In this document: piece after piece, positions 8,108 through 18,704 of the stretch
Layout of the letters: each line of letters starts with the position of its first letter
Numbering within the stretch: position 1 is the first letter of the stretch
DNA from: a virus
Taxonomy: Duplodnaviria > Caudoviricetes
Reading direction: 5' to 3' (one strand)
IMG/VR virus record: IMGVR_UViG_3300034357_000152
Span: 1 to 27,922 of that record
Length of the DNA: 27,922 bases
The notes under the pieces: generated by a model
Databases searched by the model: none
Told to the model about the DNA's origin: nothing
Seen by the model: only the letters and a program-made list of their open reading frames with translations
Position numbers and translations under genes: made by a program

Positions 8108-9091
8108 TTAGTAGCCTAAGCTGATTAATGATGGGTGAATATAATTTACGCCCATTTTGAAGCGTGCCTTGATATACACCTTTTCGTCCTTCTGGTCATA
8201 CCAAAGTTCCAAAGCCGTTTCAGGACTTAACACGTCCGTTGCAAGTACCTTGTTTTGAGGCGTGGTATATTCAACATAATGCGGCTTAGTTGTTCCTAAA
8301 CTTGTTGCAATGTCATCCCAACGGAATTGAGGAATCACGGTTACGCCACGGAAAGTAAATTGTTCAACGCCGTTAATCAACTGAAGTAAACCGTAGTCGC
8401 CGCCACCGCCGTTTTCAATGTCCTCACGAAGCTGAGAATAAACACTTTGCGTCACATTGAACACCTTTTGGTTAGCAGGTAAACCTTTCAACTGCAATGG
8501 TGCCTGGTCATACACCGCGCGAAGGATCGCGAAGCCGTCACCAGCGCCAAGGTCTGAACCTGATCCCGTGTTGCAACGTGGAACTAAGTCACTTGCAACT
8601 AACTGAGGGTAATACACCGTCCAAAATCCGTCTAATGAATCAAAGTTTGGGTTATTGCTTGACTGGTCACCGAAGTAAGAAAGACGGGTAATGTCGTTTC
8701 TTATCGCCTGTTGTGTACGGGTCAAAAGAATGTTTTCAATTAATGTTCCCGAAACATCTGGCAGCCTTGTACCTGTTTTCAATAACTCCTCAAAAACTGT
8801 GTCTTCAAATTCGTCCCAACACATTTCAAGATCCACTTTCATTTTTTCAACGTCGATGGTACGCTGATAAATGTCAACCGAACCCACGGGGTTAAATCCG
8901 CAGCCTGAGTATTTGCGTACAATGTTTTCCAACTGTTGTACGAAAACCATTTTCTTTTTATTGGCGACGTTACCAAGAACGCGAAATTGTCCGCGAAGGT
9001 CATCGTCAAAAAAGACTGGTTCTAAAAAAATGTTATTTGCCTCCGTACCTCTAAAGGATACGTCAAGTTGGCTTATTTCAACTAATGCCAT
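8108..9091 (-). CDS. Major capsid protein
   Basis: 327 aa downstream of the prohead protease; N-terminal GC.F.P.G motif, FGD...FD..DGF and C-terminal VYIKARFKMGVNY. Confidence 0.82.
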   Translation of the reverse strand: MALVEISQLDVSFRGTEANNIFLEPVFFDDDLRGQFRVLGNVANKKKMVFVQQLENIVRKYSGCGFNPVGSVDIYQRTIDVEKMKVDLEMCWDEFEDTVFEELLKTGTRLPDVSGTLIENILLTRTQQAIRNDITRLSYFGDQSSNNPNFDSLDGFWTVYYPQLVASDLVPRCNTGSGSDLGAGDGFAILRAVYDQAPLQLKGLPANQKVFNVTQSVYSQLREDIENGGGGDYGLLQLINGVEQFTFRGVTVIPQFRWDDIATSLGTTKPHYVEYTTPQNKVLATDVLSPETALELWYDQKDEKVYIKARFKMGVNYIHPSLISLGY

Positions 9092-9103
9092 TTTGTTTTA
9101 ATT

Positions 9104-9568
9104 TTAAAGATTTGGGTAAGAAATGGTTGCAGACGTATTTGTTAAAACAAAAGCATCCTCAATACCAAATGAAAACTCTGTTTTTGCACCTGCGGTTGTT
9201 GCCACTGCAAACAAAACCTTCCAATCATTACTTGCGTTTAACGCCGAGGTATTGATTTGTAAAATTGCCGTTGGTGCTGAGGACTGCCAATTTGCATAAG
9301 CCTCGTTACCTGATTCATCCATTACGGTAACCTTATAAAAATCACTTGCACTTGTTACACCTGTCAACGGTGCAAAGTTCAAACGCTTTCCAGCCGAGGA
9401 AGTACCATAGGTGAAGGAAACGGGAATTCGATCCGTAAAGGTATCAATACCGTATAATTGCTCCGCGTTTATCCCTTGCTCGTTGGCATACGGGTTGGTG
9501 CGGTTTAAATTGTTTTGCCCGACGTATGTATTTGAATCGAGAAAACCATTAACGTTTGCTGTTGCCAT
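9104..9568 (-). CDS. Putative capsid decoration/cement protein
   Basis: 154-aa beta-rich, A/S/T/N-rich ORF between the protease and capsid genes (the lambda gpD position). Confidence 0.5.
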   Translation of the reverse strand: MATANVNGFLDSNTYVGQNNLNRTNPYANEQGINAEQLYGIDTFTDRIPVSFTYGTSSAGKRLNFAPLTGVTSASDFYKVTVMDESGNEAYANWQSSAPTAILQINTSALNASNDWKVLFAVATTAGAKTEFSFGIEDAFVLTNTSATISYPNL

Positions 9569-10584
9569 TATCTTTGTGAGATTTTAGATTGAACTAATGA
9601 AGCGAAAGAATCAAAGTAACTCGATTTCGTTATTGTTTCCTGAACCTTTTCGTGGGCTGAGCCGCCGGAAGGAAGTCCAACGCCTTTTTTTACTTGCGCC
9701 CTGAGTGCAACCAATTCGTTGCCCAATGTTTCAAGAACCGTTTCAATTTCGGTTATTGACGTACTTTGCTCGTTTGATTTTTCAGATAAAGCGGTCATTT
9801 CTTCGGCATTTAAAACCGTGTAACCTTTTGCCTTTAAAACCTCAATAGCCATTTCATCTGTTATAACTACCTCGTCCGCTTTTGAATCAACTGCCGCTGG
9901 TGCGTCAATAACCTCATTGGTTTCGGTTTGGTTTAACAAAGATTTGATTTTTTCTAAAATGGAATTACCCATGTCATCGTTATTTTTGTTTTTTATTAAT
10001 AATGCGGCTGGAACATTTACGAACTTGCTTAAACTGTTTTGCAACGGTAATAAATCTATATTTTTTTCGTCCGTTTTAACAATTTCATCAATGAAACCGA
10101 ATTCTAAAGCTTCCTGTGATGTCATCCATGTTTCGGCTGCCATCATTTTTTTAATCTTTTTTCTAAGGTCTTTTTCTTCCCCTTTGCGTTTGTAAACAGC
10201 TGACAAATAAATGTCAAGTAACTTTTCTTCCATCTTGTCTAACAAATCAGCCGTTGCCTCAAGTTCGTCGGAATTACCGAAAGCTTGTGACCAAGGTCGA
10301 TGAATCATTAAAAATGAATTTTCGGTCATTTTCACTTTGTCAGCCGCCAACAGTACAACCGTTGCAATGCTTGCTACCAAGCCGATTCCTGTTGCCGTGG
10401 TTTCGTTTGAATAAGTAGAAATTAAATCAGCCATTCCCATTCCTTCGGTAACTGAGCCGCCACCTGATGAAATAGTAAAATCTATTGACGCTCCATTTGC
10501 CTCATCTATTTTGTATTTTAGATAAGGCATTGAATTGTACCACTCTGAAATTTCCCCTATAATATCAACTTTAACATTTGCCAT
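9568..10584 (-). CDS. ClpP-type prohead protease with C-terminal scaffold-like region
   Basis: ISSGGGSV, GLVASIAT (catalytic Ser), FLMIHRPW (His) and ETWMTSQEALEFGFIDEI; acidic, helical C-terminal extension. Confidence 0.92.
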   Translation of the reverse strand: MANVKVDIIGEISEWYNSMPYLKYKIDEANGASIDFTISSGGGSVTEGMGMADLISTYSNETTATGIGLVASIATVVLLAADKVKMTENSFLMIHRPWSQAFGNSDELEATADLLDKMEEKLLDIYLSAVYKRKGEEKDLRKKIKKMMAAETWMTSQEALEFGFIDEIVKTDEKNIDLLPLQNSLSKFVNVPAALLIKNKNNDDMGNSILEKIKSLLNQTETNEVIDAPAAVDSKADEVVITDEMAIEVLKAKGYTVLNAEEMTALSEKSNEQSTSITEIETVLETLGNELVALRAQVKKGVGLPSGGSAHEKVQETITKSSYFDSFASLVQSKISQR

Positions 10585-10613
10585 TTTTGTAGATTAATGT
10601 GTAAATTTATTTA

Positions 10614-10958
10614 TTATAATTTTTTATCTTTTCTTTTTTGCTTGATTTGATAACCAAACCTTTCAGGGTGCTGAACCATGTTATAAACGTGCTTCTTTGA
10701 AATACCCGTGCGTATGCTTATTTCCATCATGGCATCCATCTTTGAATCATTTGAATAAAGGCTATTTGGATAAAGGTGCATGACCATGTATTTCGCCACC
10801 GTCTTTTCCTTTACCACGTCGGTTTTTACGAGGAAGGAAATCAAGTGAAAAAAACTGGGTGTAATACCTTCCTTATGACAAAAAGCACTGTATTTATTCA
10901 AGATTTCATGGGTAAAATCCTGCAATAAATCCTCATTAATCATTTCAAATTCATCCAT
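10614..10958 (-). CDS. Putative HTH DNA-binding protein
   Basis: C-terminal AMMEISIRTGISKKHVYNMV resembles a helix-turn-helix; basic tail. Confidence 0.55.
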   Translation of the reverse strand: MDEFEMINEDLLQDFTHEILNKYSAFCHKEGITPSFFHLISFLVKTDVVKEKTVAKYMVMHLYPNSLYSNDSKMDAMMEISIRTGISKKHVYNMVQHPERFGYQIKQKRKDKKL

Positions 10959-11214
10959 TTTCGTTCCAATATTGTACTATCTGCCTCATTTTACCGACTA
11001 CTTTTGTCCGACACGCGGGACAATTTCGCCGCTCAGGCTCATAATGATTAACAAAGTTGTTATAAATATTGAACAAATAATCCATATCGTTCGGGTCAAT
11101 GCTTAAAACCCTGTAAGTCCTATTAACCGTGGCGGTAACTTGCGCCTTGTATTCCTCGGGGATGCGAGAACCAAGTTCTCCCCAAATGCTATCTGTCTTC
11201 ATACAATTACACAT
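10951..11214 (-). CDS. Small Cys-rich, putative Zn-binding protein
   Basis: MCNC at the N-terminus and CPAC near the C-terminus. Confidence 0.65.
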   Translation of the reverse strand: MCNCMKTDSIWGELGSRIPEEYKAQVTATVNRTYRVLSIDPNDMDYLFNIYNNFVNHYEPERRNCPACRTKVVGKMRQIVQYWNENG

Positions 11215-14200
11215 TTATAAAGTGGCGTTTATTTTTAACTTGTTTCCCTCAGCAAGATCGCGCGCAATATCCTCACTCACAACGTACGCCTGCAACCTGT
11301 CTATCCTGTTGTTTATCGCGTCGGTCTTTGCCTCCATGACTTGTAAGAATTCATTCATGTTCCCCTGTAAACCCAAGCCTTGTATTGGTGGGTTAATAGG
11401 TGGAACCATACCACCCTCTGCGAAACCTTTGATACCAAGTTTCCTGAATGTGGGAGAACCGCCTAATAAACTTTGTTGGCGTTGGTTCAATACAACCTCA
11501 CCGCGTTTAACGTATGCAAGTACATTGTCACCGTTTGACCGTGTTGGTATGTTTTGCTTTTGATTTACCCGTTGCCCTGTGACAACGCCGCCCTCGGCAA
11601 GTGGCTGGGCTGCAATGGTTGCAATCTGAGCGCCAGATGCAATGCCAACGGCGGCGGCGTTTATAAAATTAATCGGAGGGGCTGAACTTGCTAAAGCTCT
11701 TTGAATAGCTAAAGCACCTTGAATGATTGCTTGAATAATGGCAATGCGTTTTTCTTCTTTTGCGGCTTTGATTCTTATTGCTTCGGCTTCGGCTTGTTGT
11801 TGTTTTAATAATTCCTTTTGGGAGGCAATATCCCTTTCAATCCTTTTCTTTCTTATTCCCGATGCCTTTTCCGCTTTTGCCTCAAGTTCTTCAATATTAT
11901 TTTCAGTTGTTTCAATTTGATTATTAATAGCATCGACTGCCTTTTGGTTTGCAATACTTTGTATAGTTCCAATAAAATTTATTAATTCATTGACACCATT
12001 TGCAATAGAATCTGTTAATTTTTCTCTATCCTCTTTTTCTTTATCCTCTTTATCTTTTTTATATTTATCCTGAATATCTTTAATCTCCTGTTCTGTCTTG
12101 TCGGTCAAAAGTTTTCTTAACCTTGCTTTTTCAGTTTCAGAAGCAAAAATTAAATCTAATTCTTTATTTAAATTATCAAGGTCATCTTGTGCTTTTTGCT
12201 TTGCAGCTGCAATTTCTCTTTCTTCATCATTTTTAATTCCCTCAATTTGTAACTTATTAATTTTATCGTAAAATGTTTTTTCAGCCGAAACCCTTTTATC
12301 ATTAATATCTTTTTCCTGCTTTTCAATACCCTCTTTGCTTTTTATATAATTTGCCTCAGCCGCACGGCGTTCAACCAGTAAGTTTTCCATTTGCTTTGAC
12401 CCTGCTTCTTCAAGTGCAATCAACGCATCAATCCTTTGTATTTCGCTGTTGTAATCATTGTCTAAGACGGTGCGCCGTCTGTTAATGTTTTCTATTTCAT
12501 CTTCCGTGGTATCTTGTTTTGAGCGTGCAAGATTGACGATGGATTGAGCGACTTTAAAGTTTTGGTTTATTTCCTCAATGGCATCTTGCTTTTTCTTTTC
12601 CGCATTTAGCCCAAGTATTTCATTTTGTGTTTCAACCGCCGTTTTTATCTGCGCGTTGACCTCATTTAATTTAATGGCTATTTTCTTTTGAGCATCTGAG
12701 CCAACCACGGCGTTTGAAAACGCGCTTTGTAATTTGCTTCTTTCGTCCTCAAGGGCTGCAAGGGAACCTTCGGTAAATGATTTAGCTACATCCTTGCCTC
12801 CTTTGTTTGCGGCTTCACTTAACTCTTTGTTTTGGGCTTTTAATCTTTTCTTTTGTTCTTCGGCGTTTTGCTTTTCAAGTGCAATCCGATCCTTTTCAGC
12901 TTTCTCAATAGCTAACTTATCCTCCTTATCTATCTTTTGTTTTTCGGCTCTAAATACATCTCGATTTGCTTTTAATGCACCGCTGATGCTTCCTGTTGTA
13001 AAAAAGGTTGTTAAACCTGCCCCCATGGCTTTTAAGGTTGCAGGAAACTCATTTGCAAAATCAAGTAAACCGCCTAATAAGTTATTAAAAAATATCTTTG
13101 CTTTGGAGGATATAATTGTAAATTCCCCGCCAAACTTTGTGAATGATTCATTTAATTCCGATTGACTTGCTTCTAAATCTAAGTTTGTTTGATAAAGAAT
13201 TTCCTGTTGTGTTTGATATTGGTTTGTTGACTTTGTTACATCGTCGGTATTTTTTAAAATCTTTTCCAACGAAAGAATATACGCCAACCCAGCATCTTCA
13301 CCAGCCGAACCGAAAACGTCTGCAATAACCGTTTGTAATTTGTCGCCCGCAACCTCGGTATCACCCATTTTACCGCTAACCAATGATAAGGCTTCGGCGG
13401 TTGTAATTGAGCCGTTGTTTAAATTCTCAAATAATTCACCTGTAAATTCTTCGCCAAATGCACCCACTAAAGCATCTTTTGAAGTCTTTGTTTGCTCCCT
13501 AATTCTTAATCCAAATTCCTTTACAACATCCAAGCCTTTATCTGAATAAATACCCTGATTTGCCGCCTCGATTGAAATGGCTAAATAATCTTTAATACTT
13601 AATCCAGCCGCCGCAAATTGCGCTGGATATTCTTTTAGGTTATCTAAGAACTCCCCATTACTATCCGCTCCCTTTCTAAATCCTGCCTCAATCGCGTCTA
13701 ATGCCTCATTAAAACCAATGCCTAATGATTTACTTGCCGCGTTGGCTGCAACGGTTATGTCGTTTACATCTTTTTTATATGTTGTTGATATTGCTTTTGA
13801 CTTGCTTACAAAGTCGGTTAAAACGTTTCCCGTCGCACCCGTAAACGCTGCCACCTGATTAGAAAGTTCTTTTGTTTCGGCAACCGATTCATTTATACTT
13901 TGAAATATTTCAGATATGCCACTAAATAGGGTTAATGCTATTCCAATGGCGCCAAGCGATTTATTAAATGCTCCTGTGGTTTGAGTTAATCCATTTATTC
14001 CCTGAGATAAACCGCCTATTGTACCCGTCACTTGTCCCAATGTTCCCCCAAGTTTTGGAAAGAATTGCCCCAATGCCTCAGTATAACCGCCGACGTTTCT
14101 TTGGAATTGCCCAACCGTGGCATCAATGCCTTTTAGCTTTTTATCAAGGTTATTGATACTTACCAATAAATCTTTTGCCTCCTGACTTGATTCCTGCTCA

Positions 14201-14517
14201 GCCGCCGCCAAGTCCTTGTATCGGTTGCGCTGATCATTCAACTCCTTGCTTAACTTGCGATAAGCTCCATTGGCTTTGTCGGTTGCGGTTATTTCTTCGT
14301 TGCGGCTTTTGATTTGCTCCTTAACAACTTTGTTGACTTCCATTTGCGCTGCCTTCAAGTCAACCAACTTTGTTTCAAGTTTCTTGATTTCTTGAACGTC
14401 CGTTGTTTTCTTTAGCTCCGCGTTAACGTCGGCAATGGCTCTTTTCAACTCCGTTGCCGTTTCAACCGTTTTTCCAAGCCCGTCTATTTGTATTTGAAAA
14501 CCTATTACTTGTGCCAT
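11215..14517 (-). CDS. Tape measure protein
   Basis: 1100 aa of coiled coil; GQFQRNVGGY; PhageMin_Tail-like core (LDNLKEY...SDKGLDVVKEFGLRIRE...DVFGSAGEDAG); C-terminal IATIAAQPLAEGG...GEVVLN. Confidence 0.92.
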   Translation of the reverse strand: MAQVIGFQIQIDGLGKTVETATELKRAIADVNAELKKTTDVQEIKKLETKLVDLKAAQMEVNKVVKEQIKSRNEEITATDKANGAYRKLSKELNDQRNRYKDLAAAEQESSQEAKDLLVSINNLDKKLKGIDATVGQFQRNVGGYTEALGQFFPKLGGTLGQVTGTIGGLSQGINGLTQTTGAFNKSLGAIGIALTLFSGISEIFQSINESVAETKELSNQVAAFTGATGNVLTDFVSKSKAISTTYKKDVNDITVAANAASKSLGIGFNEALDAIEAGFRKGADSNGEFLDNLKEYPAQFAAAGLSIKDYLAISIEAANQGIYSDKGLDVVKEFGLRIREQTKTSKDALVGAFGEEFTGELFENLNNGSITTAEALSLVSGKMGDTEVAGDKLQTVIADVFGSAGEDAGLAYILSLEKILKNTDDVTKSTNQYQTQQEILYQTNLDLEASQSELNESFTKFGGEFTIISSKAKIFFNNLLGGLLDFANEFPATLKAMGAGLTTFFTTGSISGALKANRDVFRAEKQKIDKEDKLAIEKAEKDRIALEKQNAEEQKKRLKAQNKELSEAANKGGKDVAKSFTEGSLAALEDERSKLQSAFSNAVVGSDAQKKIAIKLNEVNAQIKTAVETQNEILGLNAEKKKQDAIEEINQNFKVAQSIVNLARSKQDTTEDEIENINRRRTVLDNDYNSEIQRIDALIALEEAGSKQMENLLVERRAAEANYIKSKEGIEKQEKDINDKRVSAEKTFYDKINKLQIEGIKNDEEREIAAAKQKAQDDLDNLNKELDLIFASETEKARLRKLLTDKTEQEIKDIQDKYKKDKEDKEKEDREKLTDSIANGVNELINFIGTIQSIANQKAVDAINNQIETTENNIEELEAKAEKASGIRKKRIERDIASQKELLKQQQAEAEAIRIKAAKEEKRIAIIQAIIQGALAIQRALASSAPPINFINAAAVGIASGAQIATIAAQPLAEGGVVTGQRVNQKQNIPTRSNGDNVLAYVKRGEVVLNQRQQSLLGGSPTFRKLGIKGFAEGGMVPPINPPIQGLGLQGNMNEFLQVMEAKTDAINNRIDRLQAYVVSEDIARDLAEGNKLKINATL

Positions 14518-16952
14518 TATCCTTTTGTTACTCCGTTTACAATAACTTCATAATTTGCCCCATCGTAATGGGTATCAATGTTTATTCCAATGGTTGAACC
14601 ACCAATAATATATTGAATCGTTGGTATCAACTTTTGCCCGTTCTGGAATACAAGTACATTTGCATTCGTGTTACTTACCTGCGTTATGCCTGAGTTAACC
14701 GGTAATACAAGTACGTTTGTCATCGAGTTAAGGAACGGCGTATAAGATAACTGAATGTTTACCGTTGCCCCATTTGCTCCAACCAAGCCGCTTCCCGATC
14801 CTGTCACCGTGCCACCCTGAGGCGGTGCGCCTGCCAAAGTAATCGTATTTGAAACCTTGTTAAGGTCATTTACATTTGGCTTTTCGTCGTATAAGATAAC
14901 CGTTCTTGCTGGACTATTGGATTTGGGATTGTATTCAAGTTCTTGAATGATGAAATTAGAACTTCCAATCATTCCCTTTCGTCTGAATGACAGTTGCGTT
15001 ATGTCCTTGTTTTCCCATTTGACAAAGGTCGTATATTGCTTTCCAAGTTCAATGCGTTTATATGTTTGAAGATGGAAGGTTTTAAAAACGCCTTGCATCA
15101 CATTTGTATAATTTGTGACTTCGTCGGAAAAAGAAAGGTTAAAATCACCGCCGCTCGGGTCATTGTAATTTACCATGAAAGCCGCAGGAAAATCAAAAGC
15201 CGAAGCCGCTGAACTTGCTTCATCGTACAAACGAACATATCCGTCTAAGCCGCTTCGCCTGCCTGCGTAATAAAGCAAACGAGGTGCCAAGTTATAATTG
15301 GGCTCAGCATCGGGAACGGTATTGTAATCGTCACCGAAAACAAGTGGCATCTGAGCCCCGTATGTTCCACCCGTGGTAATTGTAACGTCGTTTATATGAA
15401 TGGCTTTTGCAAAGAAATTTGTATATAAAAATTCAATGCCATTTGGGAATCTATCCTGGGGGAAATTATAACCCCCTGAATAAATGTTAACTCCGCGCCT
15501 TGCTTCCTCTTTGTTCGTCGTGTCATCGTCCGTGGCATACGCCAGTACCTGACTTGATTTGTAATTATCTAAAATTGTCAATTCGCTTCCATCAATGTCA
15601 CGGGTATTTAAGTCATACTTATTCGTATCCTTAAAAAAGCCGTCAAAAGTTGTAAGGGTAATCGCTCCGCTTGCGTTTGCCCTGTATCTTACCGTATAAT
15701 TGTCCTTTGGGTATGCATACACTTGTTTACTTAGTACGTCGGTCTCCCATGCAAGATTGAAAATGGTTGTAAGGTCCACAATTATATCTTTGACATACCA
15801 TGAATTAGGAATGATGTATTCCAAATTTACCGTCTCTCCTTGCTCTAATCCTTCCTTTTGTGCCACCACGGACAAAGAACCATCAATAGTAAGACTAAAG
15901 GTTACGTTCTCATACCTCAGCCGCATTTTAACCAAGTCACCTGCCACCAAGTCTCCCAGAAATTCAAGGGCAATAGAATCATTTAAAGATGTTTCATTGG
16001 TTAAATCATACGTTGAAACGTTGTTTCCGTTGACCTCAAAGAAAAGAATCAGTTCTGCGAATTGGTTTAAGTCACCAATGGAAGCCGTTAAGGTAACATT
16101 TAACTCAGCTATCAACTCGTATAAAGCATTAATCGGGACCGTGTAAACGCCACCTGAGTAATTGCCTCCTGTGTCAAAGTTGGGTGACGTTGTTTCATTT
16201 GTGAATGCAATGTCAACCGTCCCGTAATCACCTGAGGAATAAACAAAGGATGAAGGCGAAGGATTGGAAGCTCGAAGATTTACGAAGTCTGCAATGTAAT
16301 CAGCATCAAGATTAAGTCCCATAGGAATAATCAAGCGGCTGAAAGGATCGGTTTTAAAAATACTGTTTAATTGGTATCCCTTATTTTGAAAAGCCTTTTC
16401 CAAGATTTGCCAAATGAAAATTGCGGGCGTCAACTCATTGTCAACAATGTACGTTTCGTTTTCCCACGCTTTCCATTTCATCAAGATGAAACAATGTTCC
16501 GAAGTCAATGGATTATAATTGGTTTTTACCGTCGCCGTGGATACGGTTATGTCTTGCCAACCCAATGACCTGACTAAGATATTACCCACGTCGGCGAACC
16601 AATCCGCATTGTTTCCAATCAATGCGACTTTGTAATTATTCGCCTTGAATCCGTGGTTCATGGCGTTTAATTCCCCTGAATCCAACCGTGCTTTTCCCGT
16701 GAGTATTGGAACGCCATTTGCCTCAAGCCGTGCAGGAAGTAACTTGTAAGCATTGGTGACAATGACATTTGGCGTCTCAATGTTTTCAAAGATTTCAATG
16801 TTTGTCTTTGTTCCGGGTAATGTTACATTCCTTTTAGAATGCGCGCCCGATATGTTTCCAAGTTCAATATTTTCAATAGAGTAATCAATGGTTACATTGA
16901 CATCCTTTTGGTTTAAATCGACTTCTTGATTATTTATAAATAGTTTTATCAT
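14517..16952 (-). CDS. Tail tip/baseplate hub-like protein
   Basis: N-terminal L.IN..EVDL...IDYSI......SK..TLPGT..N..IF pattern of siphovirus tail-tip proteins; adjacent to the tape measure gene. Confidence 0.65.
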   Translation of the reverse strand: MIKLFINNQEVDLNQKDVNVTIDYSIENIELGNISGAHSKRNVTLPGTKTNIEIFENIETPNVIVTNAYKLLPARLEANGVPILTGKARLDSGELNAMNHGFKANNYKVALIGNNADWFADVGNILVRSLGWQDITVSTATVKTNYNPLTSEHCFILMKWKAWENETYIVDNELTPAIFIWQILEKAFQNKGYQLNSIFKTDPFSRLIIPMGLNLDADYIADFVNLRASNPSPSSFVYSSGDYGTVDIAFTNETTSPNFDTGGNYSGGVYTVPINALYELIAELNVTLTASIGDLNQFAELILFFEVNGNNVSTYDLTNETSLNDSIALEFLGDLVAGDLVKMRLRYENVTFSLTIDGSLSVVAQKEGLEQGETVNLEYIIPNSWYVKDIIVDLTTIFNLAWETDVLSKQVYAYPKDNYTVRYRANASGAITLTTFDGFFKDTNKYDLNTRDIDGSELTILDNYKSSQVLAYATDDDTTNKEEARRGVNIYSGGYNFPQDRFPNGIEFLYTNFFAKAIHINDVTITTGGTYGAQMPLVFGDDYNTVPDAEPNYNLAPRLLYYAGRRSGLDGYVRLYDEASSAASAFDFPAAFMVNYNDPSGGDFNLSFSDEVTNYTNVMQGVFKTFHLQTYKRIELGKQYTTFVKWENKDITQLSFRRKGMIGSSNFIIQELEYNPKSNSPARTVILYDEKPNVNDLNKVSNTITLAGAPPQGGTVTGSGSGLVGANGATVNIQLSYTPFLNSMTNVLVLPVNSGITQVSNTNANVLVFQNGQKLIPTIQYIIGGSTIGINIDTHYDGANYEVIVNGVTKG

Positions 16953-18151
16953 AGCTGAGCGACTGGCGTATTTTGGTAAATGATTTCAAAGGAAACACCA
17001 ATATCCGTCGCCCTGTTGTTATCCTTGTTTATCTCACCGTTGGCAATGGTAACGTTAACATATTTGCCATTCTCAATGATGTACACCTCAGGGGAGTTAA
17101 ACATTGTGGCAATGTACAAAGCATCCTCATGACTTACCGCCACCGTGACCGTCTTACTTTTGTTTGACCTTTGATTAACCTTGATAACATTTTTATCAAA
17201 CGTGTTAGCCTTTGGACTTGCGGCAATGTTCCACCGTTGCGCAAGGTTAATCGTATCTGCGTTGCTCGTTTGCTTATCAATCATTAAGCCTGTAAACTGG
17301 TAACTTTCCGCGCCACCATGTTTTCCGAACCAATGAAGCTCAATGTTATCGTTGCAATTTGGGTAAATGTAAATGCGTTGCCTTTCGCTTAGGCGCGTGT
17401 ATGCCCCGTCATAAGAGCCAACGGACACGTCGTAATAATCGTATAAATCTGGATTGGTTGGAAAATTGCCAGCGTGAAATATGGCAGTGTTTCCAAATAT
17501 ATTTGATACACCAACGGACAATGAATATAAATCATTGTTTGCCGTGGAGTTTAAATTGTCAACAATGGTGACGGCTGAAGAACCAGACTTTAAATAAAAC
17601 TCAAATTGAGCTGCGTTTGTTCCACGTCCGAGGTAACTTAAAAATATGTTACCTGAGGAATTGCATTTAATAAAATCATTCCTTTGTGTTAAGAATAAGA
17701 AAGGATTTGCTGAGGGTTGGTAAAAATCCCCCATGTCATATTCCCCATCGACAAACAAGGAAGGTAAAACGTATGCCGTGGTGCTGCTTTGCGAAGCCGT
17801 GGAGGTAACGACAAAACCCGATGAATTAACCGTTTGATTAAACGCCGTGCAATACAAAGATGAAATAACGTCGGTATTATTTGTAAGGCTGAACCCATAA
17901 AGGTTTCCGAAGAAACTTGTTTTGGCGTTTGTCTTTGGTGCAAGCTGAGTAATCAAGAACGATTGGACATTTGTGTCAAACACTGCCGACGTTCCACTTG
18001 TCCCCGTTTGCGCTGCCAAGAAAGAACCTTCCAATGTTTCATCAAGGTAAACATTGATTTGTTGCTGAATAACTCCCGACGGTTCAATGGAGCGAAACGC
18101 CACGGGGTAAAGGCTGCTTGAAATTGTATCGGGGTTTATCGTGTAACTCAT
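16949..18151 (-). CDS. Minor tail/distal tail-like structural protein
   Basis: C-terminal LHWFGKHGGAESYQF and MFNSPEVYII motifs are typical of this tail-tip gene pair; ATGA overlap with the hub gene. Confidence 0.6.
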   Translation of the reverse strand: MSYTINPDTISSSLYPVAFRSIEPSGVIQQQINVYLDETLEGSFLAAQTGTSGTSAVFDTNVQSFLITQLAPKTNAKTSFFGNLYGFSLTNNTDVISSLYCTAFNQTVNSSGFVVTSTASQSSTTAYVLPSLFVDGEYDMGDFYQPSANPFLFLTQRNDFIKCNSSGNIFLSYLGRGTNAAQFEFYLKSGSSAVTIVDNLNSTANNDLYSLSVGVSNIFGNTAIFHAGNFPTNPDLYDYYDVSVGSYDGAYTRLSERQRIYIYPNCNDNIELHWFGKHGGAESYQFTGLMIDKQTSNADTINLAQRWNIAASPKANTFDKNVIKVNQRSNKSKTVTVAVSHEDALYIATMFNSPEVYIIENGKYVNVTIANGEINKDNNRATDIGVSFEIIYQNTPVAQL

Positions 18152-18675
18152 CTGTTTAAAATTGATTTGTAAAATGTTTCAACCGTGGTTTCAATGCTAT
18201 ATGTAATCGCCCTGTTTATCAACTCAGCCATTTCAGCCTCTTTCTTTTCCAACGCCTGTTCAATAAAGCCCGTGCGCTTTCCTGTTTGTGAATGCTTTTG
18301 ACTTTTAATCGTTGGCATTCCTTCTTTTTTATGTTTACTTGCAATGGCGAAGGCTATTGATTTAGCTTCTTTATCGGAAGCGCCAAACCTTTGTTTAGCA
18401 TATTTCATTAAGCCTTTAATGTATTCGCTTTCCTTCCGTCCGCTTCCTGGGTAATACGGAATCTTTGTTGCAAGTACCCCTTTGTTATTTATTGCCATGT
18501 AATCAGGAACAAAGCCCTCAATGATTAATTCATTTGTTTGGAATCGTATTACCGTTTCCATATTCTTTATGGCTGCCCCTGTCAAGTTATGCCCTTGCGA
18601 TTTCCATTCATTCGCCACGGCGTCAATCGCCATTTGCGCAATGTTATCCGCCAACTTTTGCAATTCTTTCTCCAT
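18148..18675 (-). CDS. Putative neck/tail-completion protein
   Basis: Basic 175-aa ORF with GHNLTG, YM..IN.G, AFAIA.K...EG and TGFIEQAL; structural gene context. Confidence 0.55.
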   Translation of the reverse strand: MEKELQKLADNIAQMAIDAVANEWKSQGHNLTGAAIKNMETVIRFQTNELIIEGFVPDYMAINNKGVLATKIPYYPGSGRKESEYIKGLMKYAKQRFGASDKEAKSIAFAIASKHKKEGMPTIKSQKHSQTGKRTGFIEQALEKKEAEMAELINRAITYSIETTVETFYKSILNR

Positions 18676-18679
18676 AATG

Positions 18680-18704
18680 AAAAAGGTAACCCCGAAGGGC
18701 TACC
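18680..18704 (-). terminator. Intra-operonic intrinsic terminator with cUUCGg tetraloop
   Basis: - strand GGTAGCCC-TTCG-GGGTTACC-TTTTT. Confidence 0.75.
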
